This document shows, in pieces, positions 50,340-63,439 of a DNA stretch of 64,000 bases. The translations under genes were made by a program, and so were the position numbers. Numbering within the stretch: position 1 is the first letter of the stretch; the number at the start of each line of letters is the position of its first letter. Below the pieces are notes generated by a model, which saw only the letters and a program-made list of their open reading frames with translations, ran no database searches and was not told the DNA's origin. The stretch is from the NCBI GenBank assembly GCA_001642005.1, contig LWCA01000043.1:4040-68039 (forward strand), in the 5' to 3' direction. This stretch comes from Intoshia linei. Its lineage: Eukaryota > Animalia > Orthonectida.

Positions 50340-53300
50340 TTAGTTCCAAAACAATTGCTGTTGATTATGTATACTTTGTTGGTTATCAACTTTAGGCTGA
50401 GAACAATCAGACTGAAATTTGAAAAATTCAACAACTTGGTTTTCATCAATCAAATTAAATTTTACAGAGTCTTTGAAAACACTTTTAGTGTTTTTTAAGA
50501 AATTGGTAGTTTCGGAAAATGTTTTTAATCGAAATAAAGAGACTAAATTTGTCGGATCATAAAAATAAGCTGAAATATTTCCATACTCGGCAATTCGTGT
50601 CTTTAAAAGAAATCCATCAACCTAAAAAACATGTAATTGAATCACAATAAAAATACCTCAACATTTTTTAAAATAACAAATGGAATATTATTCTCATTAT
50701 AATTGCCAATTTTTGCAGATAATTCAACAGGTATAGAATTTTTCGGTCGAAGCGAGGAATTTTTCCAATAACTTGCCGTGCTAGGTGCAGTAAAAGAGTT
50801 TTGATCGTTTTGATACATTTCTAAAATAAATTAACTACAAAAAAAATTGCTGATACTTGGCTTAAAATGAGAGTCAACATGCTGATACTCATTTGATTTT
50901 TCATTGAATTTTGAAGTATAAGATTGAAAATTTGGATAATTGCAATTTGGTTCTTTATAAAAGCTTTGATTTTGATTATAAAAAAATTTTTTAATGTTTA
51001 AATCTTTATTAATATTATGTATTTCATACACAACACTGTCCAATTTTCTTTGAAACTCAATACTGGATGATTCCATATTAAAAGCAGTAGAATTGAGGGA
51101 TGCATGTAACGTTTTTTCCTTCATGAGTAAATTTTTGAGAGAATTTTCCAAATGCACAATTTCGTTCCGCAAACCGTTCTTTGATTCAGAACTTAACCCG
51201 TCGTGATTCGTCCTGGAAGAGTAAACATTCCCACCATTTTGGTGTACATAGTTTTGATGAGATGTATTATTGATAAATTTGGAATCATGACTAAAATTGG
51301 AGTAATTTTCGAGATTATTGTACTGGCAATAAAAATTTGATTTCCGAGAGTTTTGGAGAGAATTTCTCGGATGAGAATCGAAACTGTTGTTTTTGTAAGC
51401 ACCCTTGTTTTGTGAAAAATCATTTTCATGTACAGGCAATTTAGCGGGATAATACTGTTCGTACATTTTACTAATTTGTTCATCGTTAAAATTTTTCGCG
51501 TGTTGACGATAATTATTTTCATACTCTTCTTCTTTTCGGTTCATTTGAACAATTTCAGAGTTGTAATTTTGTTTACAAACGTCCTTTGAATAATCTTTGG
51601 AACTTGCTTCGGAACAATAGTCTCGTGATTCGAAATTACGAAAATCACTAGAATTATTAGCTTCATTCCAAATATGAGTACCATTCCTCTTGGAATCTTT
51701 TGACCCGGCGGAATCTCTTTGATTCCAACCAACAGAGCTAACTTTTCCGTCTCTTTTAATATTTTGAGGTTGACTACAATTTAACCCATTTTTTTTATAA
51801 TTAACATCGTTTGATTTACTATCAAAGTTTTTACCCTTAAAATTTTTATGAACATTGTTTTTACAAGATCGATCATAATCATTTTTATTGTTATAACTCG
51901 TGGTGTTTGAACTCTTGTAGTCACTCTTTTTTTTATAGTAGCTATCACCGTTCCATACGCTGTAATCTCTGTCACTGGGATTATCGCGAGGTTTACGAAG
52001 AGCTGTACCTTTGTCGCATTGTAAAATGTTGTCATTTTGTTTTTCAACCTTGCCATTGATATCGGAAGGGCGGTTGACACGGAACTTTTCCCAAATCAGA
52101 GTACCATTATTGCTATGTTGAAATTTTTTTGAATTAACATGTTTCTTTGTCGGGATTTTAAGTCGAGAAATGTCCCAAATTTTCTTTTGACAAACAGGCA
52201 GTTGACCCCACTTTTCACTCGACTCTATTAATTCAATATTAGCAGATGATTCGTCGACCCCATCAAATGTATTCGATCTGTCTGAACCGCGAAACTGACA
52301 ATTTGGGGAAACGACAGAATTGTAGTTTTCGTGGTTTGGTGTTTCTGAGTGATTTTTAAAGTTTAGTGCAGTCTTGGAACCGAAATTTTGTAAATCTAAA
52401 GGGCCGTTGAGATAATTAGACATTTGGCTAAAATTAAATTGAGTCGGAGAAACATTCAAATCAGTGTACGATGGGTTTTTTTTAGGATTGTGGAGATTCT
52501 GACTACTCCGGTCTGCACCATGAACGCTATGACCTTCCTTGGACATGTCCAAATTACTATTTTGAGATGAAAAATATCTGCAAACTTGTTGAGTATTTTG
52601 AAGTTTGATATCGATTGAAGTAGTTGTATTAAATATTTTGCAATCATTGTTCCAATTTTTGTTTCTATTTTTTACATTTTTGAAAAGGTGCAAGTTTGTA
52701 TTACAGTTTGACCTCGATTCTTGATCAACTATTGGAAAAGTATTTTTTTTGTTTTTATCATTATTTAACTGTGGCTCGAATTTAGATGTTATACATTTGG
52801 AATTAGAGTAACTATATTTATTGTCATCGATAGAAGTGCTCCATATATCTTGATGTTTTTGGTTTACTTGGAAATTTGTGTCAGCACCACGATAGCATTG
52901 CTCGTTCGGGGCTATATTATTAATATTAAAGTTTTCAAATGCATGGTGCATTGTTCCAAATACTCCTTGGTCTTTCTTCTTGGATCGTGTATAAGGTTTG
53001 AAGGATTGAATCGTATTGGAATCCTTCAAATTATTATCCAGGTTATGCGAATGATTGGAATAATTCGAATTACTCGAATTTAGGTTATTTGTCAAATTGG
53101 GGAGCTTCCCCATAGCGAATAAAGAGTTTCCATCGTGTTCCAAGTGAGGCTTGTCACAATCAGACAGATTCATACCCGTATAGTACATTGAAGGCGCCTT
53201 AGAACCAATAACAGCTTCCTGACTTGGATTGCGTCCTTTAATTATGTATAAATGTTATCAAAAAAATTACCTGTTATTGTGATTTCTGTAGGATTTTCAT

Positions 53301-53549
53301 TTTTCTAAATTTAATTAACTAAAACTTTTTATATAAACCTATTCATATACAAAAAAATGTTCTATATGATTGCCAACATTTAAAAACTCAATACGAATTT
53401 CATTAATTAACTGTTTCCTAGGCGCACAGTATTAAAAGCACATCTTCAATGTAAATACAACTCACGCAAGTATTTGCACGATATGGTGCTTTGTATTTTA
53501 AACCATTTACGCTTCTAGACATACGTAGTCCCATTTCAAAATTCGTCAT
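50340..53549 (-). CDS. Highly divergent GW182/TNRC6 (gawky)-like protein: long N/S-rich Trp-dotted region, coiled coil, C-terminal RRM
   Basis: Large exon ~53236-50857 (contains the 785-aa ORF), 36-nt intron 50856-50821, exons 50820-50657 and 50621-50340. They encode FVILKNVE-VDGFLLKTRIAEYGNISAYFYDPTNLVSLFRLKTFSE...LIDENQVVEFFKFQ, which aligns by eye with the TNRC6 RRM [33 protein letters not shown]...ALVRYSSKEE...ASEEEISRFFAQ. Start exon tentative. Confidence 0.68.
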
Positions 53550-54201
53550 CTTATCTACAAATCACTTATGCAAAGATTTGTTAAATACTACTCTAAATCT
53601 CGCATGTATATTATACATTATTTATTATGTATATATTTGATTATAATCTATTCGGGCCAAAAATTTGTCGCATACAGCTGAAATTCAGCCTGAATATTAC
53701 AATATCCATTTGAATATTTTACACGTCAGTCAACAATTAGCACCTTGTGTAAAACTACATTTTAATAAAGTCAACAATACTTATAAATCAACAAATAAAA
53801 AACAAATAAAAGTAAAGTTTTATCAACAAGTATAATGTATCTGTAAGTCAAATATAAAATCGCTGTTCAACAGATGTATCGTAACAAATTACAAATATCA
53901 CAAATGTAATTTACAAATTGTAAACAAGTTTGTAAAAAAATTTGTAAAATTGTTGTGTCTGTAATAGCCATGAAGAGCCAATAGTTGGTCCACAAATTAT
54001 ACATGTACTATCAACACTATATCCATTAGGCCCTAGTGACTAGGGTGTCCACTTTTTCTATTAGAAAAACCCATTTGCATGTGGAATTATAAAAAAATAT
54101 ATATATTTTTGAATCTGTTTTTGATTCAAATTTAATGTGTCACGTACAGACACGTAGAAAGTTGTATAGATGTTATATATGTATGACATTATGCATTAAG
54201 G

Positions 54202-54584
54202 CAGTGGTTCTCAACCGTGTTCCGCGAAACTTAATTGGGGTTCCGTGAAATATAAATGCGATATTTTTCAATTCAATGTTTTTCTAAATTACCGTTGTTT
54301 TTAATTTTAATTTTACATAAATATATTTAATAAAAATTAAATATAATATCTAATATATAAAACCTCTGCATAAAATATCAAAATAAATTTCTCATTGATG
54401 AGGAAAAATACATTTCATTAATAAAAAATTTATGTTTTCAATATTAGAAGCGTAATTTTTTAATTAAAAATCAAATTGTTTTATATATGCGACAAGCGAA
54501 AAAAATTTTGATCATGCTTTATGTGCCGCGATTTTTTGAAATTTCATAAGAGTTCCGCGCAGTAAAAAAGGTTGAGAAACATTG
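54202..54584. mobile_element. hAT (Charlie-like) MITE
   Basis: TIR CAGTGGTTCTCAACC / GGTTGAGAAACATTG; 8-bp TSD CATTAAGG / CATTAGGG (one mismatch). Related TIR starts at 2163, 12167 and 17585. Confidence 0.85.
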
Positions 54585-55033
54585 CATTAGGGTGTTCAAA
54601 AATTTTAAAAATTAAGTCCAGCTTCAGAAAAAGTTGATTAATTAATCAAAAATGACAATAAAAAACAAATTATATAAAATAAGATAAAAATTTGCGAAGA
54701 CGCTTGCCATTTTAAATATCCCATACAAAAATGTTTATAAACACTAAAATATAACTTTATTTACTGAAATGGTATGATGATATATTGTAACTATGTTTTA
54801 AGTAATTTTGTGTTGATCTTCATGTTTGGCTGTTCACTTTGCATCTTTAAATTCAAGTGTACCTCGTTTACTTTTTATTTTATTCATGTTTAAAAATTTA
54901 TCATAATTTTATAAAAATTTTTACTAAAAATAAAAATAATTTTGTAGAATTGAATTTAAACATGCAAAATGAACAACCAAACATGACGATATATAGACAG
55001 CAATATTTGTCGTCGCAAGACATGAACTACGCA

Positions 55034-55510
55034 CAGAGCCGTTTTAATGCATGGGTAATATGGACTGTAGCCCAGGGCCACTCATTAAAAAAGGTCCCAA
55101 ATTAATAAAAGTACTTTACACTTATATCTTAAAAAGAGGCCCCAATTTATTAAAAAATACTTCACATTTATATCTTAAGAAACAGTTTATAAGTTTTGAA
55201 GTGTGGGAATTCAAATAGCTAGAAAGAAAATAATTTAAAGAATCAAAGTTCTGATAAATATTAAATTTAAAATATATTCTACAATGTTAATCATATATTG
55301 ACATAAAAACTGTTTCAAATGATAATATTAAACATTAAAACCTTTCTATTAAGTAAATATTCAAAAAATAAAGTAGGAAATCTTTGATTTTCTCTTATTA
55401 ATTTTCAAAAAAGGGGCTCTAAATTTTTTTTTTTTGCTTCACTCAAAACTTTAAAGCGCCTCCAGTTCTTTGCTTAGCCCAGGGCCACGAAGTGGTTTAA
55501 AACGGCTCTG
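55034..55510. mobile_element. hAT-type MITE
   Basis: TIR CAGAGCCGTTTTAA...TTAAAACGGCTCTG with perfect 8-bp TSD ACTACGCA (55026-55033 and 55511-55518); subterminal AGCCCAGGGCCAC repeats. Confidence 0.92.
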
Positions 55511-58500
55511 ACTACGCAGAATAGTAACATTTTTATCAAATTTTGGCCTCATTTATCAAAATAGATCATAACTATTATGCATGTTAACTATTAAATTTAA
55601 AATGCCAATTCAAGAACATTATACTCTATATATCTACTCTAGTGGCTATATGACACTACGCATCGTTTGTCAACATTTGAAAAGGGTCTATTTTTTATTT
55701 TCAGTGACCTTGAGCATAGACTAAGCCTTAGTAAATTCGGCTTTAATAAGGTCCTAAAATTTAAAAAAAGATTTAGTTGGATTTATTGATTTACAGTTTA
55801 TTCCAGTTGATGTATAAAAAAAATTTTAACATTTTATTAACCAAATTTTTTTCAAATTTTTTTAAAATTTTTGAAATTAAAATTGAAAATAAAAATTTGG
55901 GTATGAACTTATATATTTGAAACAGAAAAATGTAGGTTTGAGTCTCAGAAATTGATTTTTCGTGTTTCCATTGATAAACATTTGTTAAAAATTAACATTA
56001 ACCGGTTAATGGTTAATCATTAATGATTAATTGATATTAAAAATAACTTTATGTTCATTTTAAAATGAAATCCCAATAAAAAAAAAATTAATAAATAATA
56101 ATAAATACATTCCAATGTGGTATACAAATTTTTATTTGCGTTTTGGTTAGTAAAATTCAAAAATTTGATTTAACAATGATTGTAAATCTAGTTTTAAACG
56201 TTTGAAATTTTAAAAAACATGTCAAATTTTAGTTCCCAAAACTACATTAAAATCCTCGATTTTAAACCAATTTTAATTTTTACAAAGTATTCAAAATATT
56301 TCAAAATTCCGTAGTCCGTATCGTTAATCCTTATGTATATAAAACTCTTTGATTATCTGTCTATGTATGTGTGTTATGGTTTATTTCAATAATTAAGAGT
56401 CTTAGAATTTAAAAAAGCCCCATTTCTATTACAGATTTATTTCAGGGTAAAAATAAGATAAATTTCCATTTCAGAAACTCACATCTTACCGGTCAAAAAT
56501 CCCAATGATCTTATTTTTTGAAAATCAAACGAGTTTTAGAATTTCAAAAAATATATCTTCAGAGCCAAAACACCAAATTACCCTTTTTTAAAAAAATGAA
56601 AATAGTCCTAGTATTTTAAAACAATTTACAGTTTATATATTTATCTCCAGTTAACACACAAAAAAAAAAATTGATCTCATAAAGTAAGGTCTTCATGGTC
56701 GAAACGACACTTTTATAATCAAAATTTGTCAATATATTGATACATTGTATCAAAATCGTTCTTCATTGACATTTCTCATTTACAAAACTATACTTATTAT
56801 AATCAAATGCAAGTCGATGTAAAAATTAAAAAGCTCAAGCTAGACGATAATTTCGGCAATTATTTTGTGATTCATTTAGTCTGTCACTAGATTCATATAC
56901 CAGCTGTATAATGACAACACTAAATTTTACAAGTATACAAGTAAAATGTTTGTTAGAAAAGCATTGAATTACATTAAATAGTAAATCATGAAAATTATGA
57001 AAATATTTTTCATTCATTAAAACCCTTGTCAACCGGTAAAATGTAAAAATATATATAAAATCAAAATCAAAATGAATATCTAGCATTTTTCTTAATTCAA
57101 TGTGAATAATAATTGAAAATATCAACATTTTGAAATATACATTTATATATATCATTTAAAAGTTGTTTTATTATCTTTGCTCACTATCATGATTTATCAA
57201 ATTTATTTTGTAAAGATTACTTTAAACACAATAATATTTAAATCAAATTAGATCAAAGATAAACGACTAAAAGTCTTTATTTAATATAAATAAAACTAAT
57301 ATTTTAGATATAGACATTAATGGTGCATAATAATAAAAATTTTTGAAACCTAACATTAAGATTTACAGTTTGTAATTTTCAGTAAATTTTTCAATTTTGT
57401 TTCTTGTTATTTATCTTGATTGTGATGGAATAAAATTTTAAGTTTTATAATTTTTAACCTGGATTATTAAAATTGTGAGATGTAAAAAAATAGTTTCAAT
57501 AGTTTTTTCAGTTTTATTTTGTTATGTCTGCATTTACATTTTGCTATTGTAACCAAAATGTATCTACAATTAGATTACTCTTTTTAATCTTTTTGTAGAA
57601 ACGTTTACATTTTATGTTTATATTTATCAAAAAACTTTATGTTTTTTTTTGTTTTTATTACTTTCTAATTATATATTCTTTGTGTCTTTTTTTATAATTT
57701 TTGTTATCAAAACGTTCACTTTTTTAAGTATATTAATATATTTAATGTAAATTTAATTTTTTAAATTAATTTTTTGATTTGTTCACAGAACACAAGTTTG
57801 TATAAAATAACACCATTTTTATTAGATTTTAGAAATTCAATTTTAAATTGAATTAATCTATATATGGAAGGAACGTTGCGTCAGGGGAGACGAGCCTCAG
57901 GTTCATTTTCATTGTCAAAATTCACTTCTATGACATTTCTATTAATGATAATATTTATGATTTTAAATACTATTTAGACTCTAGACTCTAAAGTTTATGT
58001 TTTATAATATTCCAAGACTTTTCTTATATGAAAAAAAAAGAACATTTTTAAATTCAACCATTATTACAAATCCCTTAGGAAAATTCTACTTTTACTAATC
58101 ATTAAGGGAAAATTCCAGTTGTATTAACCTCTAAGGAAAAACCCAGTTATAACAACCTTTAAGGAGAAATTACACTTTACCAACCCTAATAAAAATACTT
58201 ACAAAACGAGGAAGACCACTAAAAACATCTAATAAGGCAAATATCAAATATTTTAGGACAGAAAAATCCATAATAATAAAAATTTTTTTACTTTTGTTTT
58301 AAAAGGTTTTATTTGCTTCATCATCAGTTTAAATCAGTTTTAAAGCGATTATATCCTTTATTTAGCTTTAATCTTTGTATTTAATAATTTCACTTTGTTT
58401 TTTTGTAATACTGAGTTTTTATGGGATACTCTGCAATTCCGTAAATTGTATTTTTCCTTTTAGGAATGGTGAAAGCAGAATTTTCCCTAAAGGGTTGGTA

Positions 58501-59197
58501 AAAGTAGAATTTTTCTTAAACAGTTGATAAAAGTGAATTTTTTCTTGAATGGATGGATTTTAGTAAAAATTGTTCAATTTAAGTAAAAATATATGGATTT
58601 TATTAAAAATACAGAAGATAAACAAATAGAGGTACAGCAAAGTTACCAGCATTGTTTTTGATGGTACCAGAAAATCTGGCATCTTAGGCGATACTGCATG
58701 GACCTTGAAATGTTGTTAATCACACAGACATTCAATTTTATACAAATCAAGGATCAATAAATACTTTAAGTCCATTTAAAAAACACTGTTCGGATAATGA
58801 ATGTTAACAAATTTATGCTTGATTTAATTGTAAAGTTTTAGTTTTTGAAAATGATAAATCGCGTAGCAATTTTAAAAAATGCGAAGGAATTAATTTATGG
58901 AATTGAAAACCATATTTTAGTATTTCAAATGTGTATACGTTCCATTCCCATTTTTTTTAAATGGTAGAATGAGTAGGATGAATATTTAAATTTTTGGTTG
59001 ATACGATTATAATCGTATGTTCGACACTGTATGCAAACCCAATTGTAGCCACCATATTTCTAGTTTATATACTTAAAAATTGCAAGCTATGACTCAAAAT
59101 ATAATCTACATACACATATGGCCTACAACATCGGTTTTAAATAGTTATTAGCCCCTGATGCAGATCCAATTTAGTACATGCAATGTTTAATTACAAA

Positions 59198-59668
59198 TCC
59201 TTACTAATATAATATGCTACGCAATATTTGTTTGCGTGTGTCTTACCGTCTATTTTAATAACCACTAGTCTTATAATTTTATAAAGTCCACATTTCAATT
59301 ACAGTTTTTTCCGGAGGTGTTCGCAAAATAAATTTAAACTTCCCAAACTCACATCTTACGGGTTAAAAACTCCAATTGTCCTTTTTTTGAAAATCAAACG
59401 AGTTGGAGAATAATAAATAATAATAAAAAAATATATACGCTGATACGGATTTTAAAATCATAAACATTATCATAAATTTAAATTTAAATTATATCTTCAG
59501 GGCCAAAACCCCAAACAGCAAAACAGACCCAGAATTTAAAAAAAAATTTACAGATGGTACAGTTGCATCCTGTTAACACACACAGAAAATTATTTTTTTG
59601 GTAGAATAAAAATGTACCCTCGGTAGAGCTAGGTGCCGTTTGTACGTAGTACATAACAGTCAACCTAG
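59198..59668 (+). mobile_element. Complete non-autonomous Helitron (471 bp)
   Basis: Sits between host A and T, no TSD. 5' TCCTTACTAATATAATATG...TTTGTTTGCGTGTGT; 3' imperfect hairpin GTTTGTAC-GTA-GTACATAAC followed by ...CAACCTAG. Confidence 0.8.
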
Positions 59669-61044
59669 TTAGCATATATTACACATTAGACTGCAATGAA
59701 TTGTACTAGTGAAATGTAATCTTGCCTGAATCTAATAATAAATGATCACTACTAATATACTAGTATACTAACCTTTTTTAGGTGTTTTATGTGTGATCGC
59801 AATCAACCAAACTATGACGTCTAATTTATCAAAATATTTCAGATCATTATTTTCACGCATGCCAGTTATACAAAGATTACTATTTTTAGAATCACAGTAT
59901 TATGGTGACGAATTAATATAAATTACCAAGGATTTCTTTTATGCCCAAATTTTTCCACTGTGAAAATTAAAAAAAAATTAAAACAAATTGAAAAAATTTG
60001 TCTTTTGTATATATTACAAATGGTGAACCTTAATAGAAAAAATTATAAATTACATGTATAGTTTGATATACTGTAAATTGTTCAAAATTGCAAAAACTGA
60101 AAATAAAACCATAAATCATTTAAATTGATTAAACACTGGATAAATAACAACAGCGGAAGTATATACAATGAATAAAAATGTCACAATATAAATTCAATTA
60201 AATTATTAATAAATTCTCAAAAATTGCATATAAATAAAATACCTCAATTTCCATTACTTTATTAATTTTTTTTTTATTTTTATTTGAACTTCTTTTTTTC
60301 CTTGTCTAAACAATAAATATACTAGAAAAACAAAAGGACCATTTAAATTTATTTCACAAAATTAAAAAAGCTCCTACAATAAATATATTTTAGTTCAGAA
60401 TAAACTTTTCCTTTAAATGAATTTTACAGTAAAGTGCATCAATCCACTAATATTTATTAATTGGGTAATTGAAAATACCAAATTTCCATTAATATTAGGG
60501 AAATTACAAGCATTATACTACATGCATTAGGATAAATGTTACAAAATAGCACAAATAACAAATACGAAGTCCAGACAACAATGAGATATGAATCGAAAAT
60601 TATATTAAGCAATATTTATAACTGATTAAAACTAAATGATCTAAAACATGATACAAGTTGCTTCTCAGTATATTTTAGACAAGCTATAGTTACAATTTTA
60701 ATTTACAGATTCTGAATTTGCAGACTTTTATTTGTATTTTGGTTAAAAAGTTTCATTTCTGTTTTTACGTATTTATTGTGTTTATTAATATTTATTAATG
60801 TTTAATATTAACTACATTTTAAAGCAAAATATATTAATTTTAAATGTATATCAAAATGATGAGTGTTTTGTATTACGCATTTTTAAGTTTTTTATTTTAC
60901 AGTTCAAACTACATTAACAATAGTGTGTATGTGCATTTTTTTAATTTTTGATTTATTTCTACAAAAGTTATCGTTTCAAAATATCAATATAATACAATCG
61001 TATTGATGGTTTCATTATAACCTTTAGTTTTGCTGCGTTCCTAC

Positions 61045-61704
61045 TAGTGATTGTGCCGGGGAAAAAAAATTGAGATATACCTGTATTTAATTTATGTTTG
61101 TTATTACTATGAAAATATGATTATATTATAATATTTAAAATTTACTATTTCAAAAATACCTTTTCAAGCCCTCATGGAAAAATTGTCTTACACCAATATT
61201 CTTTTCAAAAATGGATTTTACGAAATCTTATGAAATAAATTGACTTCATCAAACTACAAATAAAAAATTTAATTTTCCAGCCCTTAATGGAAAAATATCC
61301 TTTTTCCAATATTATTTTGAAAAATATTATGAGTTATTACGAACTGGAACGCTATCATCGTAATTGTTAAAATTACAGGAAGCCCTTATGACCGTTCAAC
61401 CTACGTCAACACAAAATGAAAGAAAGTTCTCTACTGCTTTTAATCTCGTTCAAAACGTAGAACGCGTTTAAAAAACTAATCTATCAATATTATGTGTTTT
61501 GAAACAATTTTTCAACAATCTAAAATAAATTTTTTTCTAATTAAATTTGTAAATTTCAATCTAGATTCGTGTTATTTTATTAATTAAATTTCAATTTGTT
61601 TCTAAAATTAATTAAGGTCTCTAAAATTTTTAATGCTTCTACATATTCTGTATATTATATATAAATAAAAATTTTTTATTTTTCCCGGGAAATCACAATC
61701 ACTA
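61045..61704. mobile_element. Inverted copy of the MITE at 41330-42146
   Basis: Same TIRs; internal sequence is the reverse complement of ~41380-42030. Confidence 0.8.
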
Positions 61705-61741
61705 CATGATCTATGTTGCTTTTTAAAATGATAATAAATGC

Positions 61742-62164
61742 ATGGCAACTACATAAAAAAAAATGTTGCCATATTTTTTTAGTATGAAAAATGTAAAGAC
61801 GCGGGGTTGTTTGTGACGAAAATAAAATTTTTTTATATTTTTATATCATTTCTCAGCAAATTAAATGGCGATTATTATCTATATATGTCTTTTTTAAATT
61901 TCAAAAAAAAAGTTCAAATAGGAATAACCCTAATGTACATTTAATAAATACACCTGTAAGTTACAAATAATTTAATTTTACCTTGTGAATAACAATTTTC
62001 TTAAAAATTGTCTTTATTTTAAATTTAAATTTTTCAGAATCGATAAAATTGAACGTCATAAAAATTTAAATTAAAAAAAAGATTAAATAGACCGCGATTC
62101 CCAATGTTTGAAACTAACGGACAATTAAAAAATAAAATTTTATTTTTCAACAATTTTCATCATT
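61742..62164 (+). repeat. Segmental duplicate of 45555-45983, including a dead copy of an ADAMTS-like exon
   Basis: Near identity extends beyond the MITE end and TSD. Exon 45801-45884 is copied at 61982-62065 with the acceptor AG mutated to AA. Confidence 0.85.
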
Positions 62165-62600
62165 TGGTTATTAGATTCATGATATCGTTTTTGACCGTGA
62201 AGATGTCGATATCAGAAACTGAAACCGAAATTATTGAAATCTCAATAAAAAAGTGTGTTGTGACTCTGGTGTTAATATAACTTTTTGTTGCTTAGTTTTC
62301 ATATTAATGTGAATATAATAATTTTTATAATTTGGTTATTAGATTCATGATACCGTTTGTGACCATGCAGATAGAGATATCGGAAAATGAAACCAAGATT
62401 TTTGAAATCACAGTAAAAAAGTGTATTAATACTCAGGATTTATAGAATAGTGGATTGCTTATTTTTCACTTTAATTTGAATACCTTAATTATAAGACTTT
62501 GGTTTTTAGAATCGTCATATCGTTTTAACCAAAATGGCAATTTTGGAAATTGAAGCTTATATTTTTGAAATCACAGCAATATTTAGTTCATATTTTATTT
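62163..62600. repeat. ~168-bp tandem repeat, about 2.5-3 degenerate copies
   Basis: TTTGGTTATTAGATTCATGATA...GAAATCACAG units starting ~62163, 62331 and 62498. Confidence 0.75.
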
Positions 62601-62768
62601 CTGAGGTCAGCGATCTGAATATCATACCCGATATGAAGCGGTAGATCGAACGCGAAAGAATCAATTCAAAACTATAAAAATTATAGTAAAATTTGTACAA
62701 TATAAATTTTTTGTTTAGTCAAAAATTTTTAAATGTAAAAATATATTTTTTGCCAATTAACATATTAA

Positions 62769-63128
62769 TTAATATTCTAAAATGAAACAATTGGCATTAT
62801 CACGTTCTTTAATATTTGGTACAATTCCAGCTGCTTCATATGTCCATCCCAGTTCAGAAGCTTCTTGTATATGGGCGCACCACGGCACAAATAGATGATA
62901 CAGAATATCAAAAGGCATTGTTTCCTGAATATGTTTGTTTTGTCGAATTTTGTATCTAATAATTGGTGCTATGGGAAACCACATTGAACATAGTCCCGCC
63001 TTAAAACAATTTTTTCCAACGGCTTCCGCGTTTTTTCTTGTAACATAACAAGGCACACAACAAGCTAAACACAGCAGTTTTGGATAACGAAAACAATTAC
63101 ATATTTCCTGATTCCAATTTTTTGACAT
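62769..63128 (-). CDS. PLAC8/cornifelin family Cys-rich protein
   Basis: W...ICNCF...CLACCVPC...NAE..G..C; IRYKIRQNKHIQ...DILYHLFVPWCAHIQEASEL; single coding exon. Confidence 0.9.
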   Translation of the reverse strand: MSKNWNQEICNCFRYPKLLCLACCVPCYVTRKNAEAVGKNCFKAGLCSMWFPIAPIIRYKIRQNKHIQETMPFDILYHLFVPWCAHIQEASELGWTYEAAGIVPNIKERDNANCFILEY

Positions 63129-63439
63129 TTTTAGAAATTGGTGCCTGTATTGTAAAATATAAATGCCAATTTTAAATAATTACATTGTTAAGTTAATATT
63201 TATAGCGAAACCAATTACGTCAGTTATTCCAATGGTTTAAAATTTAATCTTTAAATTAATGTTAGTAGTTTTGCATGTTAATTAGAAATTTCTTTAATTT
63301 AACACATCTAGCTTTAATTTGAGATTATTTTAGATTAATTTCATTTATTAAAATTCATGTAAATATTAGTTCTGATATGAATTGTCACGAATTTATAAAT
63401 TTTAATCTAATTGTGATTACAGATTCATTTTATTTCATA

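Noticed and set aside
56835-57155. 106-aa hydrophobic minus-strand ORF
   Set aside because: Composition expected from AT-rich non-coding DNA; no motif or splice support.
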